Notes: generated from the letters alone by a model not told the origin. Positions 8,570 through 23,244 are shown, counted from the stretch's first letter. The stretch is 64,000 nucleotides of DNA from an uncultured Pseudomonadota bacterium (GCA_963749075.1 CAVVLJ010000021.1:416001-480000); one strand, 5' to 3'. Numbers and translations: made by a program.

Positions 8570-9784
8570 ATGGCGAAAGTGAGAGTGGGCCTGGTCGGAT
8601 GCGGTTTTGCCGCCGAATTGCACATGTATGCCTATAAGCGGGTCTATGGACTCGAGGCGGAAGTGATCGCGGTTGCCGCGCGCGGCGGCCATGTCCTCGA
8701 TTTCGCCAAGAGGCACCAGATCCGCGCGACCTGTCGCGATCTCCGCTCCCTGCTCGCCGACAAGAAGATCGACGTCGTCGACATCTGCACGCCGCCCGCC
8801 CTGCACGCGGCGATGATCGTCGAGGCCGTGCAGGCGGGAAAGCATGTCATCTGCGAGAAGCCGTTCACCGGATATTTCGGGCGCAGCGACGACGGGAACC
8901 GGACGCCGATCGGCAAGCACGTGGCGAAATCGCTGATGTACGAGCGCGTCATGGAGGAGATGGACAGGACTTGCGCCGCCGTCGAATCGAGCGGCTGTCT
9001 TTTCATGTACGCGGAGGATTGGATCTATGCCCCGGCGGTGGCCAAAACCGTTGAGATACTGAAGGCCACGAAGGATAAGATCCTGTTCATGAAGGCCGAG
9101 GAGAGCCACAGCGGATCGCACGCCGCCCATGCCGCCCAGTGGTCGATGACGGGCGGCGGGTCGCTCATCCGCATGGGGTGCCACCCGCTCTCGACCGTGC
9201 TCTATCTGAAGCAGGTGGAGGCGCAAGCGCGCGGCGAGCGGATTACGGTGTCGGCCGTGACCGCCGATGTCGGCAATGTCGCGGCTTGCCTGCCGCCGCA
9301 AGAGCGGACCTATATCAAGGCCAATCCCGTCGACGTCGAGGATTGGGGGATGCTCACGCTCACCTTCTCGGACGGCACGAAGAGCACGGTATTCTCCGGC
9401 GACATGATCATGGGCGGGGTGCGCAATGTCGTCGAGACATATACGAGCGGCGGCTCGCTCCTCGCGAACATCACGCCCAACAACCATCTGACGAGCTATT
9501 TGACCGACGAGGAGAAACTCACGGGCGTCTACATCACGGAGAAAGTCGATCGCAAGACGGGCTGGCAGTTCGTCTGCCTCGAAGAGGAGTGGACGAGGGG
9601 CTACTTGCAGGAGATTCAAGATTTCATGGAATGCGTGTCCTTGGGCCGGCAGCCCCGGGCCGATCTTGGCCTGGCCCGCGAAACCACGAAGGTCAACTAC
9701 GCCGGCTACTGGTCGGCCGAGGAAGGGCGGCGGATCGCTTTCAAGAGCGATCCAAGCGCACCAGGAGCAAGCATGACGGGCTGA
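8570..9784 (+). CDS. Gfo/Idh/MocA-family oxidoreductase
   Basis: GLVGCGFAA, GKHVICEKP, GGGSLIRMGCH. Confidence 0.92.
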   Translation: MAKVRVGLVGCGFAAELHMYAYKRVYGLEAEVIAVAARGGHVLDFAKRHQIRATCRDLRSLLADKKIDVVDICTPPALHAAMIVEAVQAGKHVICEKPFTGYFGRSDDGNRTPIGKHVAKSLMYERVMEEMDRTCAAVESSGCLFMYAEDWIYAPAVAKTVEILKATKDKILFMKAEESHSGSHAAHAAQWSMTGGGSLIRMGCHPLSTVLYLKQVEAQARGERITVSAVTADVGNVAACLPPQERTYIKANPVDVEDWGMLTLTFSDGTKSTVFSGDMIMGGVRNVVETYTSGGSLLANITPNNHLTSYLTDEEKLTGVYITEKVDRKTGWQFVCLEEEWTRGYLQEIQDFMECVSLGRQPRADLGLARETTKVNYAGYWSAEEGRRIAFKSDPSAPGASMTG

Positions 9785-9812
9785 AAACGTTCGACCCATG
9801 GAGGATCCAAGC

Positions 9813-10094
9813 ATGAAGGCAATCCTGAAAGGCCACGTGATCGCCGAGAGCGACGACATGGTCGAATGCGGCGGTTACCAATATTTCCCGCGCTCCGCGG
9901 TATGCATGGACTGGCTGGAGAAAGCCGAGAAGACGGAGTCGGACCGCGCCTGCCCGCACGGCGTCCAGTTCTACGACGTGGTGATCGGCGGCGCGCGTCA
10001 CGAGCGCACCGCCTGGTCCTACGAAGCGCCCCGCCCGGCCATGCGGCAAGTCGCCGGCCGCTTCGGCTTCTGGGAAGAGGTCGAGGTGAGCTGA
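9813..10094 (+). CDS. DUF427 domain protein
   Basis: VIAESDD..YQYFPR..ACPHG..YDV..AWSYEAP..VAGRFGFW. Confidence 0.8.
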   Translation: MKAILKGHVIAESDDMVECGGYQYFPRSAVCMDWLEKAEKTESDRACPHGVQFYDVVIGGARHERTAWSYEAPRPAMRQVAGRFGFWEEVEVS

Positions 10095-10198
10095 GCATGA
10101 TCCGGTCAGGTTGAGACGCCCGGCGTCACCCCCGCGAAAGCGCTTGCGGATGCACACATCTTGAGGGGCTTTTGAGGGGCCTTGCAGGTCCGCCGCGG

Positions 10199-10310
10199 GT
10201 CCTTCGAGACGCGCCCCTTCGGGGCGCTCCTCAGGATGAGGAAATTTGGTGGGTGGCAGAAAGACTTAACCTCATCCTGAGGAGCGAGCGCAGCGAGCGT
10301 CTCGAAGGAC
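10199..10310. repeat. REP-like palindromic doublet, family B (TCCTTCGAGACGC..GCTCCTCAGGATGAG / CTCATCCTGAGGAGC..GCGTCTCGAAGGAC)
   Basis: Inverted repeat pair; near-identical copy at 18472-18583 and a modified copy at 21491-21666. Confidence 0.9.
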
Positions 10311-10546
10311 GCATAGCCGCCGGTCCGATAGTGCAACGCCATGATGAGACAGCGATACGCACACTTGCGTGCATCCCGTAGCGCGAAAGCGAGGGGCCAG
10401 GCGCTGCTGGCGTTCCGATTTCGCGGGCTTAACGAGATGAATGTCCGCCTCGATTTGGCCGGATCACGCTCTGAGGTGCGACGAACGGAGCGCCTGATTT
10501 GCCTCGACGGCGCGGCGCGGCGATGGCCGGCCGCGATCGGTGCCGA

Positions 10547-11353
10547 TTATGAGCGCGTGCCCCGAGTGAGTCCCCTCACGAAGATCGCCATCGCCTGGAG
10601 CGTCTCCTCCCGCTGGTCGCGGTGGGGCGCGTGGCCGCAGCGCGGGAAGAGCACGCACTCGATCGGGGACGTGAGCTGGCGCGCGATGCGCTGCATCTGC
10701 GCCGAGGTGCCGTACTCGTCGTCCTCGCCCTGGATGACGAGAGTCGGCACCGTGATGGCGGGGAGGAACGCCTCGAGGTTCCAGTCGCGGAAGGCGGGAT
10801 CGAGCCAGCTGTCGGCCCAGCCGTAGAAGGCGCCGTCGACGTTGGGCCCGTGGTGGCGCAGCAGGCGCTCGCGCAGATCCGTTGTGCGGTAGCTCTCGCG
10901 CGTGCGCGCGATCGAGGCGAGCGAGAGCTCCTCGACGAAGACGTGGGGCGCTTCGAGCACGAGGCCGCGCAAGCGCCGGCCGTCTTCCCCCGCATAGACG
11001 AGGGCGATCGAGGCGCCATCGGAATGGCCGACGAGGACGGCCTCCTCGATGCCCGCGGCGGCGAGGAGTGCTGGAAGGGCGCCGCGTGCCTCGTCGTGCA
11101 TGAAGCTCAAGGGCCGCGGCAGGGAGACGGGATCGGAGCGGCCGTAGCCCTGCCGGCTATAGGCGAGCCCCGGGCAGCCCGTGGCGTCGGCGAGCGCCTG
11201 GGGAAAATCGCGCCACTGGCTGACCGAGCCGAGGCCCTCGTGGAGGAAGACGAGCGTCGGCCTCAGCCGAACGCTGCCGCCGATCGCGCGCTCTTGGCGC
11301 GGCTGGTAGTGCTCCACCTCGAGGCGGACGCCGGCTACGTCGAGGAGCGTCAT
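10547..11353 (-). CDS. Alpha/beta hydrolase of the box cluster
   Basis: FLHEGLG, GHSDGASIA nucleophile elbow, DEYG, GHAPH. Confidence 0.9.
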   Translation of the reverse strand: MTLLDVAGVRLEVEHYQPRQERAIGGSVRLRPTLVFLHEGLGSVSQWRDFPQALADATGCPGLAYSRQGYGRSDPVSLPRPLSFMHDEARGALPALLAAAGIEEAVLVGHSDGASIALVYAGEDGRRLRGLVLEAPHVFVEELSLASIARTRESYRTTDLRERLLRHHGPNVDGAFYGWADSWLDPAFRDWNLEAFLPAITVPTLVIQGEDDEYGTSAQMQRIARQLTSPIECVLFPRCGHAPHRDQREETLQAMAIFVRGLTRGTRS

Positions 11354-11375
11354 GGCGAGCGGGCCCCGCCCATGC

Positions 11376-12953
11376 CTATCTCAGCTTGAAGCGCTGGATC
11401 TTGCCCGTCGCGGTCTTGGGCAGCTCGGGAAGGAATTCGACCCAGCGCGGATATTTGTAAGCGGCGAGCTTCGCGCGCACGTGCGCCTTGAGCGCTTCCG
11501 CTAACGCCTCCGAGGGCTCGATACCCTCCTTGAGCACCACGAAGGCCTTCGGCTTGACGAGCTGGCTCAAGTCCTCGTGGCCGACCACCGCCGCCTCGAG
11601 CACCGCCTCGTGGCTCGCCAGGGCCGCCTCGACCTCGAAGGGCGAGACGAAGATGCCGCCGACCTTGAGCATGTCGTCGGAGCGGCCTTGGTAGCGATAG
11701 AAGCCCTCGCCGTCGACGAGATACTTGTCGCCGGTCTTGGTCCAGCGCCCGTGGAAGGACTCGAGGCTGCGCGCCCGGTCGCTCCAGTACATGATGGCGC
11801 TCGTCGGCCCGCTCACGTAGAGATCGCCGATGGCACCCTCCTTGACGGGCAGCCCGTCGTCGCCGAGGAGCTTGAGCTCGTAGCCCGGCACCGGCTTCCC
11901 CGTGCTGCCGTAGCAGAGCTCGCCGGGGCGGTTCGAGATGAAGATGTGCGCCATCTCGGTCGAGCCGATGCCGTCGAGGATCTCGACGCCGACATGGGCC
12001 TGCCAGCGCTTGGCGATGTCCTCGGGCAGCGCCTCGCCCGCCGAGACGCAGGCGCGCAGCGCATGCTCGCCCTTCTTCGGCAGCCGCGGGTCGGTCAGAA
12101 GGGCGGCATAGAGCGTGGGCACGCCGAAGAAGAGGGTGGGGCGCTCCTCGACGAGGCGCTTGATGACCGACTGGGGCGTCGGCCGCTCGGCCATGAGCAC
12201 GGCCCTGGCCCCCACGCGCAAGGGGAAATACATCGCATTGCCGAGGCCGTAGGCGAAGAAGAGCTTGGCCGCCGAGAACAGCACGTCGTCCTCGCGCAAG
12301 TCCAGGATGGGGAGGGCATAGAGCTCGCTCGCCTGCACCATGTCGCCCTGGAGATGCACGGCCGCCTTGGACCGTCCGGTCGAGCCCGAGGTGTAGAGCC
12401 AGAAGGCGATGTCGTCGGGCAGCGTCGCCGCCGCCTCGAGCGCGGGCGAGGCCGCGGCCATGAGCTCCGAGAGGAGCGGCCGGCCGTGGCCGCTGCCGCC
12501 GTCGACCACCACGCGCTCGAGGAAGGGCTGGGCGGGGAGCACGGGCGCCACCTTCTCGTAGAGTGCCGCCGAGACGACGAGGAGCCGCGCGCGGCTGTGG
12601 CGCAGCATGAAGTCGTAGTCCGCCGCGGTGAGGAGCGTATTGAGCGGCACCGGCACGGCGCCCGTCTTGATCGCCCCGAAGAACACGGCGGGGAAGGCGG
12701 CGCCGTCGAGCATGAGCATGAGGACGCGCTCCTCGGCGCGGAGCCCGAGGGCGCGCATCGCGTTGCCCGCGCGGTTCACGCCTTCCGCGAGCTCGGCGTA
12801 GCTCACGCGGCCGTTGTCGTCGGAGAGGGCCGTCTTGTCCCCGCGGCCCTCGACGAGGTGGCGGTCGATGAAGTCGACGGCCGCGTTGTAGGGCCGCGGC
12901 AGCTCGAGCCGCGGCGGCGAGAACGAGCGGTCGACGCGGGTGAAGGGCGACAC
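11376..12953 (-). CDS. Benzoate-CoA ligase
   Basis: FWLYTSGSTG, KLFFAYGLGN, DGIGSTEM, GRSDDMLKVGG, LPKTATGKIQRF; GTG start inferred just after the DUF4863 stop. Confidence 0.92.
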   Translation of the reverse strand: MSPFTRVDRSFSPPRLELPRPYNAAVDFIDRHLVEGRGDKTALSDDNGRVSYAELAEGVNRAGNAMRALGLRAEERVLMLMLDGAAFPAVFFGAIKTGAVPVPLNTLLTAADYDFMLRHSRARLLVVSAALYEKVAPVLPAQPFLERVVVDGGSGHGRPLLSELMAAASPALEAAATLPDDIAFWLYTSGSTGRSKAAVHLQGDMVQASELYALPILDLREDDVLFSAAKLFFAYGLGNAMYFPLRVGARAVLMAERPTPQSVIKRLVEERPTLFFGVPTLYAALLTDPRLPKKGEHALRACVSAGEALPEDIAKRWQAHVGVEILDGIGSTEMAHIFISNRPGELCYGSTGKPVPGYELKLLGDDGLPVKEGAIGDLYVSGPTSAIMYWSDRARSLESFHGRWTKTGDKYLVDGEGFYRYQGRSDDMLKVGGIFVSPFEVEAALASHEAVLEAAVVGHEDLSQLVKPKAFVVLKEGIEPSEALAEALKAHVRAKLAAYKYPRWVEFLPELPKTATGKIQRFKLR

Positions 12954-12961
12954 CGAGCGCC

Positions 12962-13429
12962 TCAGCCCTTGGTGAACTCGATGGCGCCGCCCGGCAGGAG
13001 ATAAAGGACGAGCGCCCGTCCCTTGCTCACGGTCGGATGATGCGCGGTGCCGGGCCCGTAGACGCACCAGCCGGCGCCATGGCCGTCGAACTCGGCGCCC
13101 GCGTCGAGCGGCATGATCATGTCGATCTCGCCTTGCGGGTGGCGGTGATGGGGGCCCTTCACGTCGGCCATGTCGACCACGTCGATGCTGAAGCCGCCGA
13201 GTGCCTCGGACGGCTTGGCGACGCGGCCGTACTTGATGCCGCCCGCCTCGCGGTTGCACATCCAGCCCTCCGCGATCGCCTCGTGGCAGGCCGCCTGGAT
13301 CTCCTTGAACGCGGCACCCGTGGCGGGGAAGCGGGCGTTGAGCTCGGCCGCCAGCGCCGCGTCGAGCGGCTTCTCGGCGATCGCGCGGGCGATCCCGGAA
13401 AGCAAGGATTCGAAGGCTTCGCGGCTCAT
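12962..13429 (-). CDS. DUF4863-family (PnbB-like) protein typical of box clusters
   Basis: GWMCNREAGGIKYGRV, GPHHRHPQGEIDMIMP, HHPTV, LYLLPGGAIEF. Confidence 0.82.
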   Translation of the reverse strand: MSREAFESLLSGIARAIAEKPLDAALAAELNARFPATGAAFKEIQAACHEAIAEGWMCNREAGGIKYGRVAKPSEALGGFSIDVVDMADVKGPHHRHPQGEIDMIMPLDAGAEFDGHGAGWCVYGPGTAHHPTVSKGRALVLYLLPGGAIEFTKG

Positions 13430-13473
13430 CTTGCAGCGTCTCCCTGTGTGGCCTCTTTGCGGGCCGGTGCGGC

Positions 13474-13944
13474 CTACGCGGCCTCGCTCAAGCGTGCGGC
13501 CAGCGCCTCGATCCAGGCCTCCGCCCAGGCCACGCCCGCCTCCTCGGGCACGGTGCCGGCGCTCGCGTCATGCCGCATCATAGCGCCGATGCGCTCGGCG
13601 TGAAGGCCCGAGAGCAGCTCGTCGAAGCGCTCGCCGCCGTGGCAGAAGGTCTCCTTGTAGGTGCGGTCGCCGAGCGCCAGCACGCCGTAGCGCACGCCCG
13701 CGAGGTCGGGCCGCCGCACCTCGAGATCGCCATAGAGCGCCATGGCGTTGTCGGGCACGTCGCCCTGCCCGTAAGTCGAGGTGCAGATGAGGTAGCAGCG
13801 GCCGGGCTCGAATACGCCGGCGTCGAGCGCGTCCATCGCCCGGATGTCGATGGCATGGCCCTTGGCGGCAAGCGCATCCCGCACCTCCTCGGCAACCAGT
13901 TCGGCGGTGCCGGTCATGGTGCCGACCAATATGGTCACCGACAT
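13474..13944 (-). CDS. Flavodoxin-like protein (MioC/YqcA type)
   Basis: GTMTGTAE, STYGQGDVPDN, LGDRTY..FC.GG. Confidence 0.9.
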   Translation of the reverse strand: MSVTILVGTMTGTAELVAEEVRDALAAKGHAIDIRAMDALDAGVFEPGRCYLICTSTYGQGDVPDNAMALYGDLEVRRPDLAGVRYGVLALGDRTYKETFCHGGERFDELLSGLHAERIGAMMRHDASAGTVPEEAGVAWAEAWIEALAARLSEAA

Positions 13945-14019
13945 GCGCAGCGGCCCCTCCCCAAAGTGCACGTCCCGCCGCGGGACGTGCGACCCTAGTG
14001 CATTTCGCGGCCCGATGAC

Positions 14020-14035
14020 AAGCAATATATTGCAT
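14020..14035. promoter_or_regulatory. Candidate BoxR operator
   Basis: Palindrome AAGCAATATATTGCAT (TGCA-N6-TGCA-like) in the divergent flavodoxin/boxR spacer; related ATGAACTAAAGTGCCG at 15177-15192 before boxC. Confidence 0.55.
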
Positions 14036-14087
14036 GTTAGGGGGCACGCAGTGTAGGCTTGCGCTTATGACATCTGGACGCATGGGG

Positions 14088-14186
14088 CACCCTCCTCCCT
14101 ACCCTCCCCCTCAAGGGGGGAGGGGGTGCGAGGGGGTACAATGACTTCCCCCTCCCCCTTGAAGGGGGAGGGTTGGGGTGGGGGTG
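14088..14186. repeat. REP-like doublet, family A
   Basis: ACCCTCCCCCTCAAGGGGGGAGGG..CCCTCCCCCTTGAAGGGGGAGGGTTGGGGTGGGGGT. Confidence 0.88.
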
Positions 14187-14239
14187 GCGCTCAAATTCGT
14201 GAGATCTGGCTCTACCCTTGTCAGGCGGGACGGCGGGCC

Positions 14240-15157
14240 ATGGCGCGCGCAAGGACGCTCGAGCGGGAGAAGAAAAAGGAGAAGGACGGTGCTGCCGAGA
14301 GCAGTGCCGCCTATCTGAAGCGCCTGGGCGGGCGCGTGCGCCACGCGCGCGCGCGGCGCGGCATCTCGCGCAAGATCCTCGCCCATGATTCCGGCGTCTC
14401 GGAGCGCTACCTCGCCCAGCTCGAGAGCGGCCAGGGCAATGTCTCCATTCTCCTGCTGCGCCAGATCGCCCAGGCCATGGGCCTGCCGCTCGCCGATCTC
14501 GCGCGCGACGGACCGGAGCGCGCCGTCGAGTTCGCGCTCGTGCGCCAGCTCCTCGAGCGCCTCTCGGCGGACGAGCTCGGCCAGGTGCTGAGCCTGCTGC
14601 GCGCGCGTTTTGCCCAGGCGCTCGACGGCCAGCGTGCCGGGCGCATCGCCCTCATCGGCCTGCGCGGCGCCGGCAAAAGCACGCTCGGCCGCCGCCTGGC
14701 CGGCCATCTCGGCGTCCCCTTCCTCGATCTCGGCGTTGAGATCGAGAACCTCTCCGGCATCAGCCTCAGCGAGATCTTCTCGCTCTCGGGCCAGGCCACC
14801 TACCGCCGCCTCGAGCGGCGCGCCCTCGAGCGCCTGGTGGAGAGCCACGAGCGCGCGGTGATCGAGACCGGCGGCAGCCTCGTCTCCGAGCCGGGCACCT
14901 ACGAGCTCTTGCTCGGCAGCTGCTACACCGTTTGGCTGCGCGCCGCCCCCGAGGAGCATATGAGCCGCGTGCTCGCGCAGGGCGATTACCGGCCGGTGGC
15001 AGGCAATGCCGAGGCGATGGACGACCTGCGCAGCATCCTCCTCGAGCGCGAGCCGCTCTACGCCCAGGCGGACGCCGTGGTGGACACGGCCGGCCGCAGC
15101 GCCGCCGAGAGCTTCAAGGAGCTTCTCGCAAGCCTTCCGGGATGGAACGCGAAATAA
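14240..15157 (+). CDS. boxR: BoxR/BzdR-type regulator (XRE HTH plus shikimate-kinase-like domain)
   Basis: SGVSERYLAQLESGQGNVS HTH; IGLRGAGKSTLG P-loop; PEEHMSRVLAQGD; adjacent to boxC. Confidence 0.9.
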   Translation: MARARTLEREKKKEKDGAAESSAAYLKRLGGRVRHARARRGISRKILAHDSGVSERYLAQLESGQGNVSILLLRQIAQAMGLPLADLARDGPERAVEFALVRQLLERLSADELGQVLSLLRARFAQALDGQRAGRIALIGLRGAGKSTLGRRLAGHLGVPFLDLGVEIENLSGISLSEIFSLSGQATYRRLERRALERLVESHERAVIETGGSLVSEPGTYELLLGSCYTVWLRAAPEEHMSRVLAQGDYRPVAGNAEAMDDLRSILLEREPLYAQADAVVDTAGRSAAESFKELLASLPGWNAK

Positions 15158-15220
15158 TTCTTGCGTGAGCTGAAGTATGAACTAAAGTGCCGATCTCGGC
15201 GCGGCTGCCGCGAGGAGGCC

Positions 15221-16870
<1,650 letters not shown>

Positions 16871-16887
16871 GGGAGATGAAGGGTCTT

Positions 16888-16976
16888 AGCGCAGGGGACG
16901 CGGAGGTTTCGCGGAGGACGCGGAGAGTAGCGCTCTTCCTCCGCGCCCCCTGTGCATCCTCCGCGACCTCTGCGCT
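16888..16976. repeat. Palindromic repeat, family C (GCGCAGGGGACGCGGAGG..CCTCCGCGACCTCTGCGC)
   Basis: Imperfect inverted repeat built of CGCGGAG/CGCAGAG units; related copy in reverse orientation at 41892-41969. Confidence 0.75.
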
Positions 16977-17012
16977 GACGATTTCTTCCCGATCGATGAG
17001 GAGTGCGACGCC

Positions 17013-18435
17013 ATGACGATCGACTATGCGGAGCGCATCCCGAACAACGTGCATCTCGCCGACGACCGCCGGCTGCAGCGCGCGCTCGAGGCCTGGCAGC
17101 CGCACTTCCTCGAGTGGTGGAAGGCGCTCGGCCCCGAGGGCTATCAGGCCAAGGACGTTCTATCTGCGCACCGCCACCTCGGTCGACGCCAAGGGCTGGG
17201 CGAGCTACGGCATGGTCAAGATGCCGGAGTACCGCTGGGGCATCTTCTTGGCCGACCCCGAAGCCGAGCGCAAGATCGGCTTCGGCGACTTCATGGGCGC
17301 GCCCGCCTGGCAGGAGGTGCCCGGCGAGTTCCGCGCCACCTTGCGCCGGCTCATCGTGACGCAGGGCGACACCGAGCCCGCCTCGGTCGAGCAGCAGCGC
17401 CGGCTCGGCCAGACCTGCCCCTCGCTCTACGACCTGCGCAACCTCTTCCAGGTCAACGTCGAGGAGGGCCGCCACCTCTGGGCCATGGTCTATCTCCTCC
17501 ACGCCTATTTCGGCCGCGACGGCCGCGAGGAGGCCGAGGCGCTCCTCAAGCGCCATTCGGGCGATCCCGACAATCCGCGCATCCTCAGCACCTTCAACGA
17601 GCCGATCGGCGACTGGATGTCCTTCTTCTGCTTCTGCTACTTCACCGATCGCGACGGCAAGTACCAGCTGAAGTGCCTGGCCGAGAGCGCCTTCGATCCC
17701 TTGGCGCGCACCTGCCGCTTCATGCTGACCGAGGAGGCCCACCACATGTTCGTGGGCGAGACCGGCATCGGCCGCGTCATCCGCCGCGCCCTCGAGGTCA
17801 TGGCCGAGCTCGGCACGGACGAGCCCGAGCGCATCCGCGCGCACGGCGCCATCGACCTCGCGACCGTGCAGCGCTACATCAATTTCTGGTGCTCCTCCTG
17901 CCTCGACCTCTTCGGCTCCGAGGTCTCGACCAACGCTGCGGGCTATTTCGCGAACGGCCTCAAGGGCCGGCCCGACGAGGCGAATTACGAGGACCACCGC
18001 TGCTCGGACAGCGTCTTCGCCATGGAGAAGCCCAAAGGCGAGGGCGCCATCGCAGCGGAAGAGGTGCCGCTCAGGAACGCCATGAACGAGATCGTGCGCC
18101 GCGCCTATCTCAAGGACTGCGACATCGGCGTGCAGCGCTGGAACCGCCTCATCAGGAAGGCGGGCGTGAATGTCGAGCTCAAGCTCCCGAGCGAGCGCTT
18201 CCGCCGCGGGGTCGGCGTCTGGGCCGGCTGGCATTTCGATCCGGCCGGCAACCCGCTCGCGGCCGAGGAATGGCAGAGCCGTCTTCCCGAATGGCTCCCG
18301 GGCGAGGCGGACCGGGCCTTCATCCAGAGCCTCATGCGGCCGGTCAACGAGCCGGGCAAGATGGCGGCGTGGCTTGCCCCGCCCGAGCGCGGCATCAACA
18401 ACCTGTCGGTCGCCTACGAATACGTGCGGCTGTAG
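17013..18435 (+). pseudogene. boxB: Benzoyl-CoA 2,3-epoxidase BoxB with a single-base frameshift near 17158-17160
   Basis: N-terminus MTIDYAERIPNNV..GPEGYQAKDV is in the 17013 frame; YLRTA..QGDTEPASVEQQR..NVEEGRHLW..TEEAHHMFVGE is in the 17026 frame; GACGTTCTAT has one extra base. May be a sequencing error. Confidence 0.9.
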
Positions 18436-18471
18436 TCCCGCCCATCGCGGACGCTTGCAGGGCTGCCGTGG

Positions 18472-18583
18472 GTCCTTCGAGACGCGCCCCTTCGGGGCGC
18501 TCCTCAGGATGAGTTCAATTCGAGTGTGGCAGAAACATTTAAGCTCATCCTGAGGAGCGAGCGCAGCGAGCGTCTCGAAGGAC
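18472..18583. repeat. REP-like doublet, family B
   Basis: Near-identical arms to 10199-10310. Confidence 0.9.
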
Positions 18584-18775
18584 CCCCGCACTCAGTCCGA
18601 GGCGCCCGAGCGCATCGCAGTCCGGTCGAGCGGCATAAGCGCCGGCCACAATTAAATCACGCGCCGCGGGGCTTCAAACGCCCGCCAATGGTGCTATAAC
18701 CCTCGCTTCCCCACGAGACGCCCGTCCCGGCCTGCGGGCGGCGCCTTAGCAATCGCCAGTCGCAGGAGACTCCCC

Positions 18776-21469
<2,694 letters not shown>

Positions 21470-21490
21470 GGGCGACTTCCGGTCGGGCCA

Positions 21491-21666
21491 TCCTTCGAGA
21501 CGCGCCCCCCGGCGCGCCAAGCGCGCCTCTCTTGCATCATGCAAGAGAGCGGGCCTTCGGCCCGCGGGGCGCTCCTCAGGATGAGAAGAATTTGTCTGTG
21601 GCATAAAGACTTAACCCCCGGGACGAAGTGCCCGGGGGAGCGGGCGCAGCGCGCGTCTCGAAGGAC
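21491..21666. repeat. REP-like doublet, family B, with nested extra hairpins
   Basis: Same ends as the other family B copies but with inserted CTCTCTTGCA-TCA-TGCAAGAGAG and CGGGCC-TTC-GGCCCG hairpins and an altered right arm. Confidence 0.8.
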
Positions 21667-21840
21667 GCACCGCGGACAGTCCGAGGCCCTGTGCATCGAA
21701 TGGCCCGATGCTGGCGAGGGTTGGGCGAAGGTTGCGGGTTCGTAATCCGGCATTCTAGGCGTGCTTTGCCAAATCGCTCGTTCCATTGACATCGGACTTC
21801 CGAAGGCTGTATTCCAAAACGGACGCTTTCCGGGGGCATC

Positions 21841-22422
21841 ATGCCGCGGAGCAAGGCTTTCGATCCCGATGTGGCGCTGCGTAAGGCCATGCAGCTCTTC
21901 TGGCGGCAGGGCTACGAGGCGACCTCGGTCGACCAGCTCGTCCGTGCCATGGGCGTGAACCGGGCGAGCCTCTACGCCACCTTCGGCGACAAGCGGAGCC
22001 TCTTCCGCCGTGCGCTCGAGCGCTATTTCGCGTCGGTGCTGGCGCCGCGCCTGGCCCTCGTCGAGCAGGCGCCGTCGCCGCTCGCGGGGTTGCAGGCGCT
22101 CTTGGCCGAGGTCGTCGCCTTTGCCGCGGGCGATCCGCAGCGCCGCGGTTGCCTCGCCGTCAATAGCGCCTGCGAGCTCGCGAACCGCGATGCCGAGCTT
22201 GCGGCCCTCCTCAAGGCGCAGGCGGAGGAGCTCGAGCGCCTGCTCGCGCGCGTGATCGCGCGCGCGCGCGAGAAGGGCGAGATCCCGGCCGCGCGCGATC
22301 CCGTGCCGCTCGCCCGCCTCTTAGCTACGGTGATCGACGGCTTGCGCGTGCGCTCCAAGCTCGATCCCGGCCGTGCCGAGCTCGAGAGCATCGCCGCAGC
22401 AGCACTGGCAGCGCTCGCATGA
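21841..22422 (+). CDS. TetR/AcrR-family regulator
   Basis: MPRSKAFD..FWRQGYEATS..GVNRASLYATFGDK; GCLAVN. Confidence 0.92.
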   Translation: MPRSKAFDPDVALRKAMQLFWRQGYEATSVDQLVRAMGVNRASLYATFGDKRSLFRRALERYFASVLAPRLALVEQAPSPLAGLQALLAEVVAFAAGDPQRRGCLAVNSACELANRDAELAALLKAQAEELERLLARVIARAREKGEIPAARDPVPLARLLATVIDGLRVRSKLDPGRAELESIAAAALAALA

Positions 22423-22512
22423 GCCGCCGGCGCGCGCGGACGCGCCTTACCATCCGCCAACTTCACCATTAATTGACTCGGCCAAGGCACTCCGGGAGCT
22501 TATCGTCGCGTC

Positions 22513-23244
22513 ATGTCCAAAATCGCATTCCTCTCTGCCGCCACGGCCCTGCTCGCCGCCGTCCCGCTTCCCGCCGCCGCGGCGGGCGGCACGCCGGTCG
22601 TGGTCGAGCTCTTCACCTCCGAGGGCTGCTCGAGCTGCCCGCCGGCCGACGCTTATCTCGGCGAGCTCGCGCATCGGGCCGGCGTCGTGGCGCTCGCCTT
22701 CCACGTCGATTACTGGGACTACATCGGCTGGAAGGATCCTTTCGCCTTCCACGAGGCGACCGAGCGCCAGCGCCGCTACACCGCGGCACTCGGCAACCGC
22801 TATCTCTATACGCCCGAGATGGTGGTCGACGGCAGGCGCGACGCGACCGGCTCGGACCGCGAGACCGTTAGCGAGCTCATCGATTCCGAGGAGAAGGCCG
22901 TGCGCAAGCTCCAGCTCGCGGTGAGCGAGACGGGCAGCGACGGCTACACGGTCGGCATCCCGGCCTCGAGCTTCAGCGGCGGCGCCACGGTGTGGCTCGC
23001 CCTCTTCGACCGCGAGCACGAGACGGCGGTCGGCCGCGGCGAGAACGAGGGCCATACGCTCAAGGAGTTCAACGTCGTGCGCGAGCTGCGCAGCATCGGC
23101 CGCTACGACGGCAAGGAGCAGCACATCGCCCTGGCGATGGAGCCCATGCCGGAGCAGGGCTGCGCCGTCCTGGTGCAGTCCGACTACAAGGCGGGCGACG
23201 GACAGGGCGCCATGCTGGGCGCCGCCCTCGTCGAACGCAAGTAG
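22513..23244 (+). CDS. DUF1223 secreted thioredoxin-like protein
   Basis: Signal peptide; VVELFTSEGCSSCPPAD; HVDYWDYIGWKD; YTPEMVVDG. Confidence 0.9.
   Translation: MSKIAFLSAATALLAAVPLPAAAAGGTPVVVELFTSEGCSSCPPADAYLGELAHRAGVVALAFHVDYWDYIGWKDPFAFHEATERQRRYTAALGNRYLYTPEMVVDGRRDATGSDRETVSELIDSEEKAVRKLQLAVSETGSDGYTVGIPASSFSGGATVWLALFDREHETAVGRGENEGHTLKEFNVVRELRSIGRYDGKEQHIALAMEPMPEQGCAVLVQSDYKAGDGQGAMLGAALVERK

Noticed and set aside
10341-10546. ORF or ncRNA between the family B repeat and the hydrolase stop
   Set aside because: No motif, RBS or convincing structure; ORF 10341..10826 overlaps the hydrolase antisense
17013-18435. Programmed ribosomal frameshift or phase variation in boxB
   Set aside because: No slippery heptamer, homopolymer or repeat tract at the shift site
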